A stretch of 64,000 bases of DNA, taken from contig CAVNZM010000013.1 in the NCBI GenBank assembly GCA_963693365.1, forward strand, positions 252,759 to 316,758, read 5' to 3'. The notes beneath the pieces are model-generated. The model searched no databases. It was not told the origin of the DNA and saw only the letters and a program-made list of their open reading frames with translations. Position 1 is the first letter of the stretch; each line of letters starts with the position of its first letter. This stretch comes from Amoebidium appalachense (taxonomy: Eukaryota > Protista > Ichthyosporea). The position numbers and the translations under genes were made by a program. Positions 63,661-64,000 of this stretch are shown piece by piece.

Positions 63661-63897
63661 ATCAAAATCTAATAGACATCATATGCCATACGGTGGAGAT
63701 ACAATTTTTTATTTTTTATTTTTTATTTTTTTATTTTTATTTGGAATCTGAATGGCTAATTCTATGTCAGTGCGGTATTCGTTTTATTGGGATCGAATTC
63801 CATCTGCGTGCCGCAGAGCCTCTCGACCAATCAATGCGGGGTTTGGATCGATTTTGCATGTGCGGTGTACCTTCTCGACACATAAACAAACATATAA
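63661..63897 (+). repeat. Direct repeat matching 58294-58373 + 62790-62946 (empty site of LINE family 2)
   Basis: ATCAAAATCTAATAGACATC...T-tract runs straight into TTGGAATCTGAATGG. Confidence 0.9.
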
Positions 63898-64000
63898 GGG
63901 GGTTTACGCTGTTTACTCGAGGCAAAGAGAACCAGTCTCAGGTATGGGGGGGGGGGGGTTTGCTCGGAATATCCCCTCAGCGGTATATCATGATCACGTA
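63898..64000 (-). mobile_element. 3' terminus of another LINE family 1 copy (continues off the right edge)
   Basis: GGGGGTTTACGCTGTTTACTCGAGG is the reverse complement of the family 1 tail. Confidence 0.9.

Overview
Eukaryotic, transposon-saturated region with no confidently identifiable host gene. It is a nest of young mobile elements. (1) Five Ngaro-type tyrosine-recombinase (YR) retroelements with split direct repeats (A1-gag-RT/RH-YR-B1-A2-B2), plus a solo A repeat. Only one copy keeps RT/RNase H. (2) Two families of APE+RT non-LTR retrotransposons (three near-full copies, three 3' fragments) that terminate in GTAAACCCC(C) instead of a poly(A) tail. (3) A chromodomain Ty3/Gypsy element (15418-32579, minus) split between gag and pol by (4) an AGGGCCT-ended, AT-duplicating DNA transposon (20782-29615). 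That transposon encodes a THAP protein and an Exo1/XPG-family nuclease fused to a SWIM zinc finger, and is itself interrupted by an Ngaro copy. (5) A Copia-like LTR+gag, a solo LTR, and Plavaka-like, pogo-like and unclassified transposase remnants, satellites and microsatellites. Best novelty candidates: the ISL2EU-like transposon carrying an Exo1-type rather than a YqaJ exonuclease, the shared non-poly(A) LINE terminus, and foreign-sequence capture at the end of the Ngaro A repeat. Family assignments come from motif recognition only; no database search was run. Many frameshifts fall in homopolymers and may be sequencing errors.
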